Source: Octopus vulgaris (lineage: Eukaryota). From it: a stretch of DNA of 64,000 bases. Position 1 is the first letter of the stretch. Every line of letters begins with the position of its first letter. The notes below the pieces were generated by a model, which worked only from the letters and a program-made list of their open reading frames with translations, did not search any database and was not told where the DNA came from. The stretch is from positions 79,236,001 through 79,300,000 of the forward strand of contig OX597822.1 of the NCBI GenBank assembly GCA_951406725.2. Direction: 5' to 3'. Positions 53,414-64,000 of the stretch are shown piece by piece. The position numbers were made by a program, and so were the translations under genes.

Positions 53414-54307
53414 CTGTAGGGGATCAATGCTTATATATATTTATATATATATATATATATATAGTGGCGTACGTCGTGTAGGCTGTGTATATAGGGATCC
53501 CAGCGAATTGCATTTCTCGGAGGCCTATAACTCTGTGTCTATAAATGTTAACCTTTCATATTTAATCTTCTATCTATTTCACCAGGAACAGTCAGTTGCT
53601 GATCATGGATGGTCATTCAGAGAAGGCAGCTGACCACGATAGAACAAAGGACGCCCATTAAAATCATATCTTTGCTCTTATTTTGTAATTAATCTTCACA
53701 CTAATCCTTCTTTTTATATTCTCTCTTGTTTCATGCTTGTAGAAACGATCACTATAGCCTAGAGATGTGTGTGGGTGTGTTTATAAGTGAGGGCAGCTGA
53801 ATGAGAAACAGTAAAAGCGAGAAAGAAACCGTGTGTGATGTGTACGCGTGCGTAAGTGAGAACAGCTGAATGAGAGACAAGAAAGCGATCATGTGCATGT
53901 ATGTAAATAAAAGTATGTGTGTGACTAGATTATACTAAGCTCTAATCACAACCACTAACATAATGCAAAAGAGAGATGATAGTTGCACTACCCTCATGAA
54001 ACTGATTAATATGGTGGCAGGCGTTGAGAGGGAGAAAATGGGAAGGAAAGGAAGTGAGGATAAGGGGAGAGATGAGAGAGCAGGTGCTTCTGTTTTACTT
54101 TTAAATAACTGCACTTTGATTTTTGATTTTTTCTTTTTTCCCCCTAAAATTGCATCTGAACTCGGCACGTGCCATATTAGATTTGATACAATTATTAAAT
54201 TCAAGAGGAAAACTGTTTTTCTGAAAGAAAAAAGAGTATGCAAATACATCATCATTGCCGATGATTTTCATTATTTAAATTCTAGTACGCTTTAAGTGCC
54301 GCAATCG

Positions 54308-54350
<43 letters not shown>

Positions 54351-55104
54351 GAATTTACAACAAAAAATAAAAGACGAAGACGGGTGTGTAAACAACAAAC
54401 AGATGTGTGAGCTATATACATATATACAATCTAACTCCAGAATGTTAACAGTAGAATACAAATAACCGAATTATTTTTTTACATACTATCAACAAGCCAA
54501 AAAGTTTGAAATTCATGAACTACAACTGAATTGTGATGTGGGAGCCACTACGCCGTTGTTGTTCGATCTGCGAGAAAAAGCAGTTAAATCTCCCTCAAAT
54601 CATACTCTGCGATCTGACCAAAGAAAACGGAAAATGTACCCGGTAATTTAGTCCTTTATATACCACTATATATATATATATATATATATGATCAAAAGTT
54701 AGGATTGGCACAGCTGAAATGCCTTTGACTGGTTTACTCAATCAGAGCTGAACAGTAATAACACTACGTTGTGTGTGATCAGGACCCTTAAAATTGTCTA
54801 CGGCCATGTTCACCTACTTTTAAGTAGATACCAGATAGTGGTAGAATTCATTTCTTTATGTAGCAATGGCAATGTTACATAAACACCATATTTTTTTTTT
54901 ACCTGTGCAAACACAAGCACAGGTAATTGAAGAAGTGATATCCAAAACGTTTGATACTTCAGTCCCCATAGCAATTCCACCGTACTCTTCCTGTCACTTC
55001 CATACTAAGCCGTTTTTGCAGCATTATAGGTCCCTGGTCAAATCAATATACTGGCCACTATCACTATAGAATTTATTTATTGACAGTAAACCACAGCAAA
55101 AGTA

Positions 55105-55647
55105 TATGGTGTTCCGAAAGTCTTGTCACTCACAACCGAAAAGTAATAAGAACACTAGCGGAACAATATAATAATATCAAATACATGTATTGGTTTTAGC
55201 ATATTCACTTTTATAAACATTGACACTATCACATATCGAGAAGGTTTATATGAACACCACCATTTTCGTGGCACAAAATGATGCGGTGCCATGTCCTGTG
55301 CGATATTTTAAGAACCTGTGCTTTGGCGATTGTTGCAAAGGCTGCCGAAAAAGCGTCCTTCAAATGTTGGGTATTCTGAGATCGCTCTTGTGAAACTCTC
55401 CTTGTTAATAGAAAATTAATACAATATTTATAGATGGTAGTATTTCGTCTGTCGTTACGTTCCAAGTTCAAATTCCAACCAGATCAACTTTGCCTTTCTT
55501 TTCGGGGTCGATAAATTAAGTACCAGTCGCGTACTGGGGTCGATGTAATCAACTGCACCCCCCCCCCAAAAAAAAAAATTTTCGGGCCTTGTTCCTAGAG
55601 TAGAATAGAATATTTACAGGTGGTGACAAGACTTTCGGACCACCCTG
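55105..55647 (-). mobile_element. internally deleted Tc1/mariner element
   Basis: TA-flanked ~25-bp TIRs TATGGTGTTCCGAAAGTCTTGTCAC and GTGACAAGACTTTCGGACCACCCTG; transposase C-terminus QHLKDAFSAAF..RIILCHENGGVHINLLDM at 55229-55390. Confidence 0.85.
55439..55608 (+). mobile_element. 5'-truncated Nin-domain SINE nested in the Tc1/mariner element
   Basis: CTTTTCGGGGTCGATAAATTAAGTACCAG; 16-bp TSD AATATTTA(T/C)AG(A/G)TGGT (55423-55438, 55609-55624). Confidence 0.85.
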
Positions 55648-55775
55648 TAGCAATGGCCCAGTGTGCTCATATAATAAGACAAGAATGCCTCCATATATAA
55701 TTCACAAATACTTTGTAAGCATGCAGTGTTGAGTTATAGCGTTTCAGCCGATTCTAGGTAAATAATTCGAGATAT

Positions 55776-55850
55776 GATTGATTGATTGATTGATTGATTC
55801 TAGTTTCAGCTTATGAGCTGTGGCCATGCTGGGGCACCGCCATTTGGTGT
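55776..55850 (-). mobile_element. LINE 3' tail with (AATC)n
   Basis: minus GGCGGTGCCCCAGCATGGCCACAG..GAAACTAG(AATC)n; same stem as the tail of the SINE at 365-740. Confidence 0.65.
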
Positions 55851-56259
55851 TGCTACTTGGTTTCACTTCATGGAGGCTTTTCTTCTTCGAAGAATCGATT
55901 TTAAAAATAGGGTTAAATGGTCAAACTACTTTCACTGCAACTTCTATGTTACTAGCACATAACAGAGACAGGAAAAAATAATAAGGTTGACTAGTTCACT
56001 ATTTTATAGATTGTCAGGTTTAATCTATTTCAGATATACTGATGCATTTCTGGGTAAAGTACAGCATCTAATTACTTCAGTTCATCTGGGTGAGTAAAAG
56101 GCATTTGGTGGAAATGTCGCCCCGTCACTTCAAGATTGACTAAAGTCAATCGATGTAAGTACTGTATAGTAGCAATAAGATCTTGGCAAGCTGAATTTGC
56201 AATGCAAGATCAAATTCCAGCTGAACCTTTTTACTTATTTTTCTTATCCTACATTTATT

Positions 56260-56625
56260 CGAAACCGCTTGTGAGACGCTCTATTTGCTGTCAACAACTG
56301 TTAAAGGGTGGGCTAGGGATGCCTTGGCTATTGATGCACAGGCATGCGCTGAGGCTGAGGCACCTGTGGCTCTACCTGGATGGTGAACGGGTGTGGTCTT
56401 CACTGCCGAAACAGATGTTTCCCCGATTCACTGGTTTCGGTGGACGGGAAATCTGGTTCAATCGTAGATCGAAGTTGGGTACATGGTATACGGAGTGTCG
56501 CAAGGCACTCCTGCTTTTCCATCGCTTTAAAAACCCTTTGGATAGGAGAAGCCGAACGATGCCCGTGGGACCAGAAATCACGCCTTGGACAGCCTCCGAT
56601 TTTTTCTATTCCAAGGGCTTTTTAA
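56260..56625 (+). mobile_element. Tx1/L1-clade LINE ORF2 fragment (post-RT region)
   Basis: KPLVRRSICCQQLLKGGLGMPWL..ALRLRHL..W, the GGLG motif typical of Tx1/L1. Confidence 0.8.
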
Positions 56626-59439
56626 ATTTAATATTTACATGCTATTATTTATAGCATTATTTGCTTCAAGTTTCACCGTAAAAAAACAAAACAAAATAAA
56701 AATGTTCTCTCGAAGTTTCTAAATTCCTATGACATCGACACTCACATTATACACGCACGTGTTGGCAGTTCCAAGATATAGGCCAAACTGAGGTGATATA
56801 AGAAGACACTTGTCCAATGTGCCGCATAGAGGGTTCGGATTTAGGAACCAGGTGGTTACGAAGAGAACATCTTGGCCGCACAGCCATACCTATTTCCATT
56901 TTCTATTGTCTAATAAAGAGAGAAGTGTATCTTTCACCTTCGTGATTCTTTTAAAATCAGAGCAAGCACTGACTTTATACATCCTTGTGATTTAATACTA
57001 TAAAGTGTTGCTTTATTTATTTTTGTTTTTGTTTTGATGTTGTTCCATATTGTCGAATTCTGAATCCTCTGAATAGCTTGTGGCTACATTTACAAGTTAG
57101 TAAATAACATCTAGTAATTTCCATTCAAAATTCTTTTGATTCAAACTCAAACACACACAGACACACACACACACTCACGCGCGAAAAAATTACAAGTGCG
57201 AGGTGTAAACAGCCTCAACTAGCAACATGCATACGATAAAAGAAGGAAAAGTAAAAAAAAAAATGAAAGACAACTAACACGAGAAGGGAAGGAGGAGGGC
57301 GAGGAAATGGATGCAGACTGGAGAATGAAAATAAAATTGTTTTGCTTTGCTTTCTTTTTTAACCTTTAATGTTGGCAACAATTTCTCTGTGACACCTGCA
57401 GAAAATGCGCTGTGTAGCTTGCAGCAAAGATCTTTGCAGCTGCTTTTGCTATCATGTCTTTTTAGGATGACATGATAAAACTTTCAGTGCGAACGTGGCG
57501 GCGAACATCAAATTTGATTTACGCCGATCTTATCTCATCATCTTAGGTTGATAGCAATCATATAAATACAACTTCAGCAAAGTTAAAAATCATCATCATT
57601 ATCATCAACAACAAAGACAAGCACAAGAAACATCTTGCACGAAAATACAGAGTGTGTGTATTCATATATATATATGCGTAATAGATATCTTTACATTAAC
57701 AAAACACTATTGTATACAAATATAATTTATATAACAAATATATTCAAACGAACATACACATAAAACAGATATTTTCATTCATTCGCAAACGGTAATGTGT
57801 AACTATATACATACACATACAATTGACATCCACAGATATATTCGTAAGAACAACAAACACTGTTTCATAGACATGCATTTTATAGAAACGCATAAATTAA
57901 AAAAAACAAAATCTTAAAAATAATTCGATTACAAAGTTTTAAAAAAATTAAATTTACTTTCGTTTTTATTTTTTAAAAGATTTAAATAAGATAAAATAAA
58001 AGCAGAGGAAATACATTTTATTGAAAGAAGCAATTTTCTTAAGAGAAAACACTTTTCAATTATTAAATCAGATTTCGTTCCCCCCACCACCCGCCATCGT
58101 TGCTCGCTGTTTCCATAGTTACACAACTACCCTAACCTAATATATACGAATTGCTATTGTCACTAGCTTAACTACTGCATCATTATTATTTAAAATAGTG
58201 GCCCTTGTGGCCAATAAAGAAAGGATTATTATCATTCGGAATACTGTTAAGTACTTACAGCTCTCTCAACTTAGTCGATCAATGTTGCCTGCATGTGATT
58301 CTTTCACGCGAGCTTTCTTATAAGAGCTACTGGTGAAGGAGAAAGAGGACATTTTCGAGGAAACTGCGTTGACGAAAATTAACTAGATGATTTATTCAGG
58401 AGGATTTTTAGCTCGAGTACTATGGCTGACAGCCTAGAAATCCCCCAAACTGGTAGTACCACAGACGGTTATTGCCGTTACGAAAATGCCTGTACAGTAT
58501 AACCGAGCCCGCCTGTGGTGAGCACAGAGCGACGAGATTGTTCTGCACATGGTGAACAGCTGTTGTCATGTGTAGTTCACATCTGACTACCGGCCGAGTC
58601 CACCATGGAAATCATCCTGCTGCTTTCTTTTAGCTAGGAAGGGCATAGTTTTTCTCTGCCTGATAGCTTTGGCAACGGAAGTTGAGTGAACACGACTATA
58701 ACTGGAAGGACTGAGGAAAAACTTTTCTCTTTGGCCGCGAGAGGAAGATAAGGATGTAGGGGAAGTGATACCTTCAATTAAACTTGTTGACAGGAGAGTG
58801 AGAGTGGTGTGTATAGTCTGAATGAATAGCCATACTTTCAATATGTCTATACACGGGGAAATACAGCTTGGGTAGGGCAGTAACCCTTGATAATCAGATT
58901 AATCAGAGATATACGAGATTTCTTGATTGACTCTAAATAACAGTCCTCTTGTCTTGAAGCTATCACATATTTGTATACAATGTATAGTGTCAGTCTTCAT
59001 TAATTTTCATTTTTATGTAAGCTTTGTAATGTTCTGTCATCAGTGCCCTTTGTGACAATAATAGAGAACTTATTGTTGTTGCTGTTAGTAATTAATCTCA
59101 AGAACTTGACCGCTATTCCGTATTTTATAAACCTTGGATGGATGAAAGTTTAAATCAATTTCGACGAGATTCGAACTTATATCGAAGATGGAGCAACATT
59201 TGCAATAATAAGGGGTTCTAATTTAGGCATAAAATCAGCAGTTTTGAGAGAGAAGCTAAAGGGATTCCATCAACCCCAGTACTTGACTTGTACGTTATAA
59301 TGATTCTACCACCTCGTTGCCCAAAACATAACAATAATGGCTTCATTTAGGAACGAGTCCAACAATTTTTGAGTGAGGTGTTGCTTTAACGATTCTACCG
59401 TCTTCTGATTTAGAAACAATGCATGTTATTTAAAGGGTA

Positions 59440-59620
59440 GGGGCTAGTCGATATGATCCACCCCCCAGTACTTTACCGGTACTTTATTTTATCGACCCCG
59501 AAAGAATGAAAGGCAAGGTTGATGTCGAGGAAATTTGAATTCGGATTGCTGGGTACCGGAATAATTATCGCAATGCATTCCATCAAAACCTCTAACGTCT
59601 TCTACAAATTCGCCGCCTTT
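59440..59620 (-). mobile_element. Nin-domain SINE
   Basis: GTACTTTATTTTATCGACCCCGAAAGAATGAAAGGCAAGGTTGA..TCGCCGCCTT matches the copy at 45750. Confidence 0.8.
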
Positions 59621-60057
59621 TGTTATGAATAAAGAAACCGCCACTACTACACTACAGAGTGATTCTGCTGCTGCTGCTACAAATATCATTATCGTCATTA
59701 CGCTATTGTCATACAGTTATTTTAACTAATTTTTTTTTCATATCGAATTATGATTCTTCATTAATGGTTAGGTTCCCACAAACATAAATATGCAATTATA
59801 TTTTACTTTCTGACTTTTGTTTTTAATTATCATTTAATATTTTTGCTGCTACTAATTTTTTTAACGTCTCATCAACGAACAATTCAATATATTTTTAATC
59901 ATATAATTAAAATATCTTTGTGTAAGTGTGTATAAATTAAAGCAGTAAGGTATTTTCTTAATTTTCATTTCACCTATGTTCACATAAGCATTTATTATGA
60001 TGATACGAGCTATTTCAATGTTGTTAACTGAATACACACACACACACACACACACAC

Positions 60058-60119
<62 letters not shown>

Positions 60120-60324
60120 TATATAATAGTCAACAGGTGAGATCGAGAGAATCTCAATATAGAAAACACTTTGTCGCACTCAAATGATATGAATTTACAA
60201 TCCAACATCTTCACCGAGGACCAAGTTAGCAGGGTGAAGAGTGACTATAAGGGGAATCCAAGTGAGCAAATGTGGGGACAATGATTCAAAATGAACAGAT
60301 AAAAACCTTAGGTTTAAATGTACG

Positions 60325-60355
<31 letters not shown>

Positions 60356-61465
60356 TGTATGTATGCACATGTGTAAAAAGAGAAGGCAGACGCAAAATTT
60401 TCAGGTGATAACAATCAAGTATAAATACAAGTATATATAGTTTTTATAGAGTAAACTTACTCAGATTACATAGACTCAAAGAATTAGATGCGATGTGTGT
60501 GTCTAAACTCATTACTATAGAAGTGAGCTTGCACAAATCAAGAGAAGATATTAAGGAAAGTGTTAACTTATTCAATTCTTCTGAATTGCTTGATTTTATG
60601 ACACCATACTTGAAGTCTCACACTGCATAACTCTTAATACCGCTCCTCTTATTTTACTCAATCGCTCTTCATCATAACTACTTCACTCAAAACTCTCGCT
60701 TTCTCATATCTCTCCCATTATGACCATCAATATCTAAGTCACAGATCAAATGCTAACAGCACTAACCTAACCTTTCGATTTCAAGGTAGTGGATCTGCAG
60801 AATTCGTTGAAGCGGCGGACAAAACACAGTCGGTATTTACTTGCAATCTTTTACGTTCAGAGTTCAAATCTGAACAAGTCAAACTTTGCCTTTTCCCCTT
60901 TCCCCGAGTGAATGAAATAAGATCCATTTAATATTCCAATAAGCATTCTAGAATTGAATGAATTTACAAAAGACTAAGTTTTTAAAATATCTGTAAAATG
61001 ATTGTTAGTTTAGCCTCAACCTCAAGTCACTTTGTTCAATCAGACCCATGATCTCAAGCGTTCCAGCTGTGACAATCTGTCTTTGTATATGAGAATTAAA
61101 CTATCAAATACATCCATTTTGTTTTTAGATCGTGGAACATGATTTGCGGGAAATACGACTGTTATTTCTTGTAGATCGAGCGACTGCATAGACGGTGCCT
61201 ACAATCTTTCGCAGCAGCACATACACACTGTGTATGAAACAAGGTATTTTTTTTAAAATTTAATATGCACTGAAAATGATTTACTCTAGGATAATAGGAA
61301 ATTTAAAATTTCCTAATAATCAATAATTTAAACTTAAGATAAGCATATATGTTTGAATATGACACGCAAACACATACACACATGTATAATCGACTAGTCC
61401 CCTTTTTTAAAAGATTTCAGGACTTGGGCCTATAGAAGAAAGGATTATTATTATGGAAAGCGCTG

Positions 61466-61565
<100 letters not shown>

Positions 61566-61840
61566 ATATATCTATTTATAGTGTGTATATGTGGTAGACT
61601 TCATCTGACTAGTTTAACACTACTAACATGTCTTTTGGTGCTTTTATCAGAATGGAAATTCTACATATTCAAATCAGGTGTTAATTCTGGGGATAATTCG
61701 AATCGGTGTTTTATTTTATTTCATTTTTTCCTTTCTCCCAACAGCGTTTGAAGCCTAGCAGAAGAGTCACGGGTGTTGCCCTTCTTCCAAGTCAATCTAT
61801 CCAGTTATATACATATAAAAAGATCTCTCTCTCTCTCTCT

Positions 61841-61921
<81 letters not shown>

Positions 61922-62328
61922 ACATACACACAGAGTAACGTGTGCAATAATATAATGAAACGTCTAAAGCACGCGCACGCGTGTGTTAATGTACTGGTAT
62001 GCAAGACTTGAGGCCGATGTCGTTCTTTAGCCACAGATAATCTATTACCGAAAACACCAGTGTTCAAGCCATATTCCAAACACGATCAACTGTTTTATCT
62101 ATTTATTTATTTATTCAATGTGCCCTTCTACTTTTAAGTGAGAAAGTTGTAACTTAGAGCAGATTTGTTTATTTGTGTGTGAGAGAAAGAAGGGGGTGGT
62201 GGAGAAGGAGTGATGCGTTGGGTTACTCTAAAGGATTCTGAAGCACCAGAGTTTAAGCTCCAGTTTCATTGAAGTAGGGAGATGATAAATAAATCTCTCT
62301 CAGTATACGATATCAGTCTATTATAAGC

Positions 62329-62675
62329 TGTGTGGAGTCGCAATGGCCCAGTGGTTAGGGCAGTTGACTCGCAGTCATAGGATCACGGTTTCGATTCCCA
62401 CCTAAAGCTCCACGTGGCTCTGGCAGGGTGTGGTGGCGAACCCTGCTGTATTCTTCCACCACAACTTTCACTCTTTCTTCCTGTTTCAGTTGTACCTATA
62501 TTTCAATGGGCCAGCCTTGTTGCACTCTGTGTCACGCTGAATCTCCCCGAGAACTACGTTAAGGGCACACGTGTCTGTGGAGTGCTCAGCCACCTGCACG
62601 TTAATTTCACGAGTAGGCTGGTCCGTTGATCGGATCAACTGGAACCCTCACCGTCGTAACCGACGGAGTGCCACG
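62329..62675 (+). mobile_element. tRNA SINE sharing its 3' half with the Meta SINE at 42983
   Basis: A box TGGCCCAGTGG, B box GTTTCGATTCCC; ends GTCGTAACCGACGGAGTGCCA; 9-bp TSD ATTATAAGC (62320-62328, 62676-62684). Confidence 0.9.
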
Positions 62676-62867
62676 ATTATAAGCAATATATCCGGAAGAT
62701 CTGAAACAATATCGAGGCAATAATAAAGCATACTGAATTAAATGAATTACTCAAATATACAACCAGAAGTCTGAGGTGGATATGTGTGTATAAAAATAAA
62801 ATAGTCAAACCTTAACTGAGAATACATTTAAGTAGTGTACAAATGTTATATTTGCAAGTAAAAGTCA

Positions 62868-62944
62868 GATAGTGGCTTCGAAGTTTCGTTGTGGACCGGC
62901 CCAATCAGACTTGCCGGGTCAAGCAAAGCTTTGAAGTCACCGTC
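62868..62944 (+). ncRNA. candidate pre-miRNA-like hairpin
   Basis: about 29-bp stem GUGGCUUCGAAGUUUCGUUGUGGACCGGC / GCCGGGUCAAGCAAAGCUUUGAAGUCAC with a 12-nt loop and 5 G:U pairs in the core stem. Confidence 0.4.
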
Positions 62945-63043
62945 AACATGTCTTTATATATATTCTTTGTGCGAAATTGACCATCAACAATTTCACAGAT
63001 TTCGACAAATGAGTGTTCCAGTTGTTTGATCAACAATTCTTTA

Positions 63044-63211
63044 CTACATCTATTCGTGTATAAGCCGCACTACTTTATCTTTGGTTTTAACTGAAAAAGA
63101 AATTGGCGTGCGACTTATACAAGGGGCAAAGGTAAAACTATGAAAGGAAAAAGTTTTGTACCAAGATTTAACACTAAATTAGGGGTGAGGTTTATACACG
63201 AGTAAATATGG
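63044..63211. mobile_element. Tc2/pogo-like MITE
   Basis: TA flanks; TIRs CTACATCTATTCGTGTATAAGCCGCAC and GTGAGGTTTATACACGAGTAAATATGG; internal subterminal copy GTGCGACTTATAC. Confidence 0.8.
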
Positions 63212-64000
63212 TAACTATTCAAATTCTCATGTAATTACATGAGTATTCTACAAATACTTCATTCTTTAATGTAATCAATCCTGAAGTGAAATCACCCTGG
63301 CGTAATGCGTGACAAAGCTGCGCACTTGAATCGCAAGTGCACTCTATTCAGCGGGTCTCAACAGAGTTTCTGTTTGTCCAATTCCAATCTCAAAGTTTGG
63401 ATCAATCTGAGAATACGGTAAAATATTGGGTCTTTTGCTTAATGTACTACACAGTGTGCTCGAACCCAGAAGCTCCAGATTACTAAACGAACTTCTTACC
63501 ACACAGCCGCGCATCAATGACTATGAATGAATCTAGGTTGCTAACACACACACACTAGCAGGTCGAGCAAACACATAGTCATCTTCATTGGCTCTAATGT
63601 GTTCCGTCTGTGTATTTGTAACAGCAAACCAATCTCCCTCACATCACAAACTGTCTTTAGTAGGTAACATTGGATAATACAGCCCCTAATATAAAAATGT
63701 AGGGCTAGACTCGGTAGAATCGCTTTTGGTCATAGGTTTGCTTGATAAGTGCGAACATACGGCTCACTAGCAACACAGTAAAATGTCGTTAGTTACTGAC
63801 ATCACAGCTTTTAGTAAGTCCATGACCCGAACTCTAACATCTAAATGGTTGACAAATCAACAAAAATATGAGTCACATAATTGAAAGAATATAAAATAAT
63901 TCAGGACATGCGTTACGTTAGAGATTCTTGAGGTAAAAAAAAAAAAGCCCACTCAAACTTTCCTTTTTTAAAAAAGCAAACAGCCAATATAACTAAATAC

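Noticed and set aside
58542-58575. Short hairpin around AACAGCTGTT
   Set aside because: Too short and imperfect to distinguish from chance.
62334-62400. tRNA gene
   Set aside because: A and B boxes are present, but the sequence runs into a SINE body bounded by a TSD and has no clean acceptor stem or poly-T terminator; the same holds for the other SINE heads.

Overview
This is AT-rich, microsatellite-dense animal DNA. The SINE/LINE/MITE repertoire points to an octopus (coleoid cephalopod); that assignment is an inference. I recognise no intact protein-coding gene. Nearly all ORF-track entries are microsatellite read-through or transposon debris. The window is a mosaic of tRNA-head SINEs (CORE-like, Nin-domain, Meta-domain), LINE remnants (RTE, CR1/L2, Tx1, R4/Dong-like), a Naiad-type Penelope-like element (PLE), a Ty3/Gypsy remnant, a DD37D Tc1/mariner transposase remnant and several MITEs with TIRs and target-site duplications (TSDs). 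The main signals are: (1) hammerhead-ribozyme motifs in fold-back PLE-like elements, including a perfect 166-bp palindrome that encodes a minimal type-I hammerhead on both strands (15115-15280); (2) a 148-bp, 146/148-identical inverted duplication 5.4 kb apart (34036-34183 and 39601-39748) that brackets a candidate exon; (3) a sharp rise in CpG density at about 42.5 kb, suggesting a methylated gene body to the left and a promoter near 43-44.6 kb; (4) a pre-miRNA-like hairpin with strand-biased G:U pairs (62868-62944); (5) a degenerate tandem repeat that keeps a cluster of POU octamer motifs (21575-22000). Edges of degraded repeats are approximate, and all counts were made by eye.
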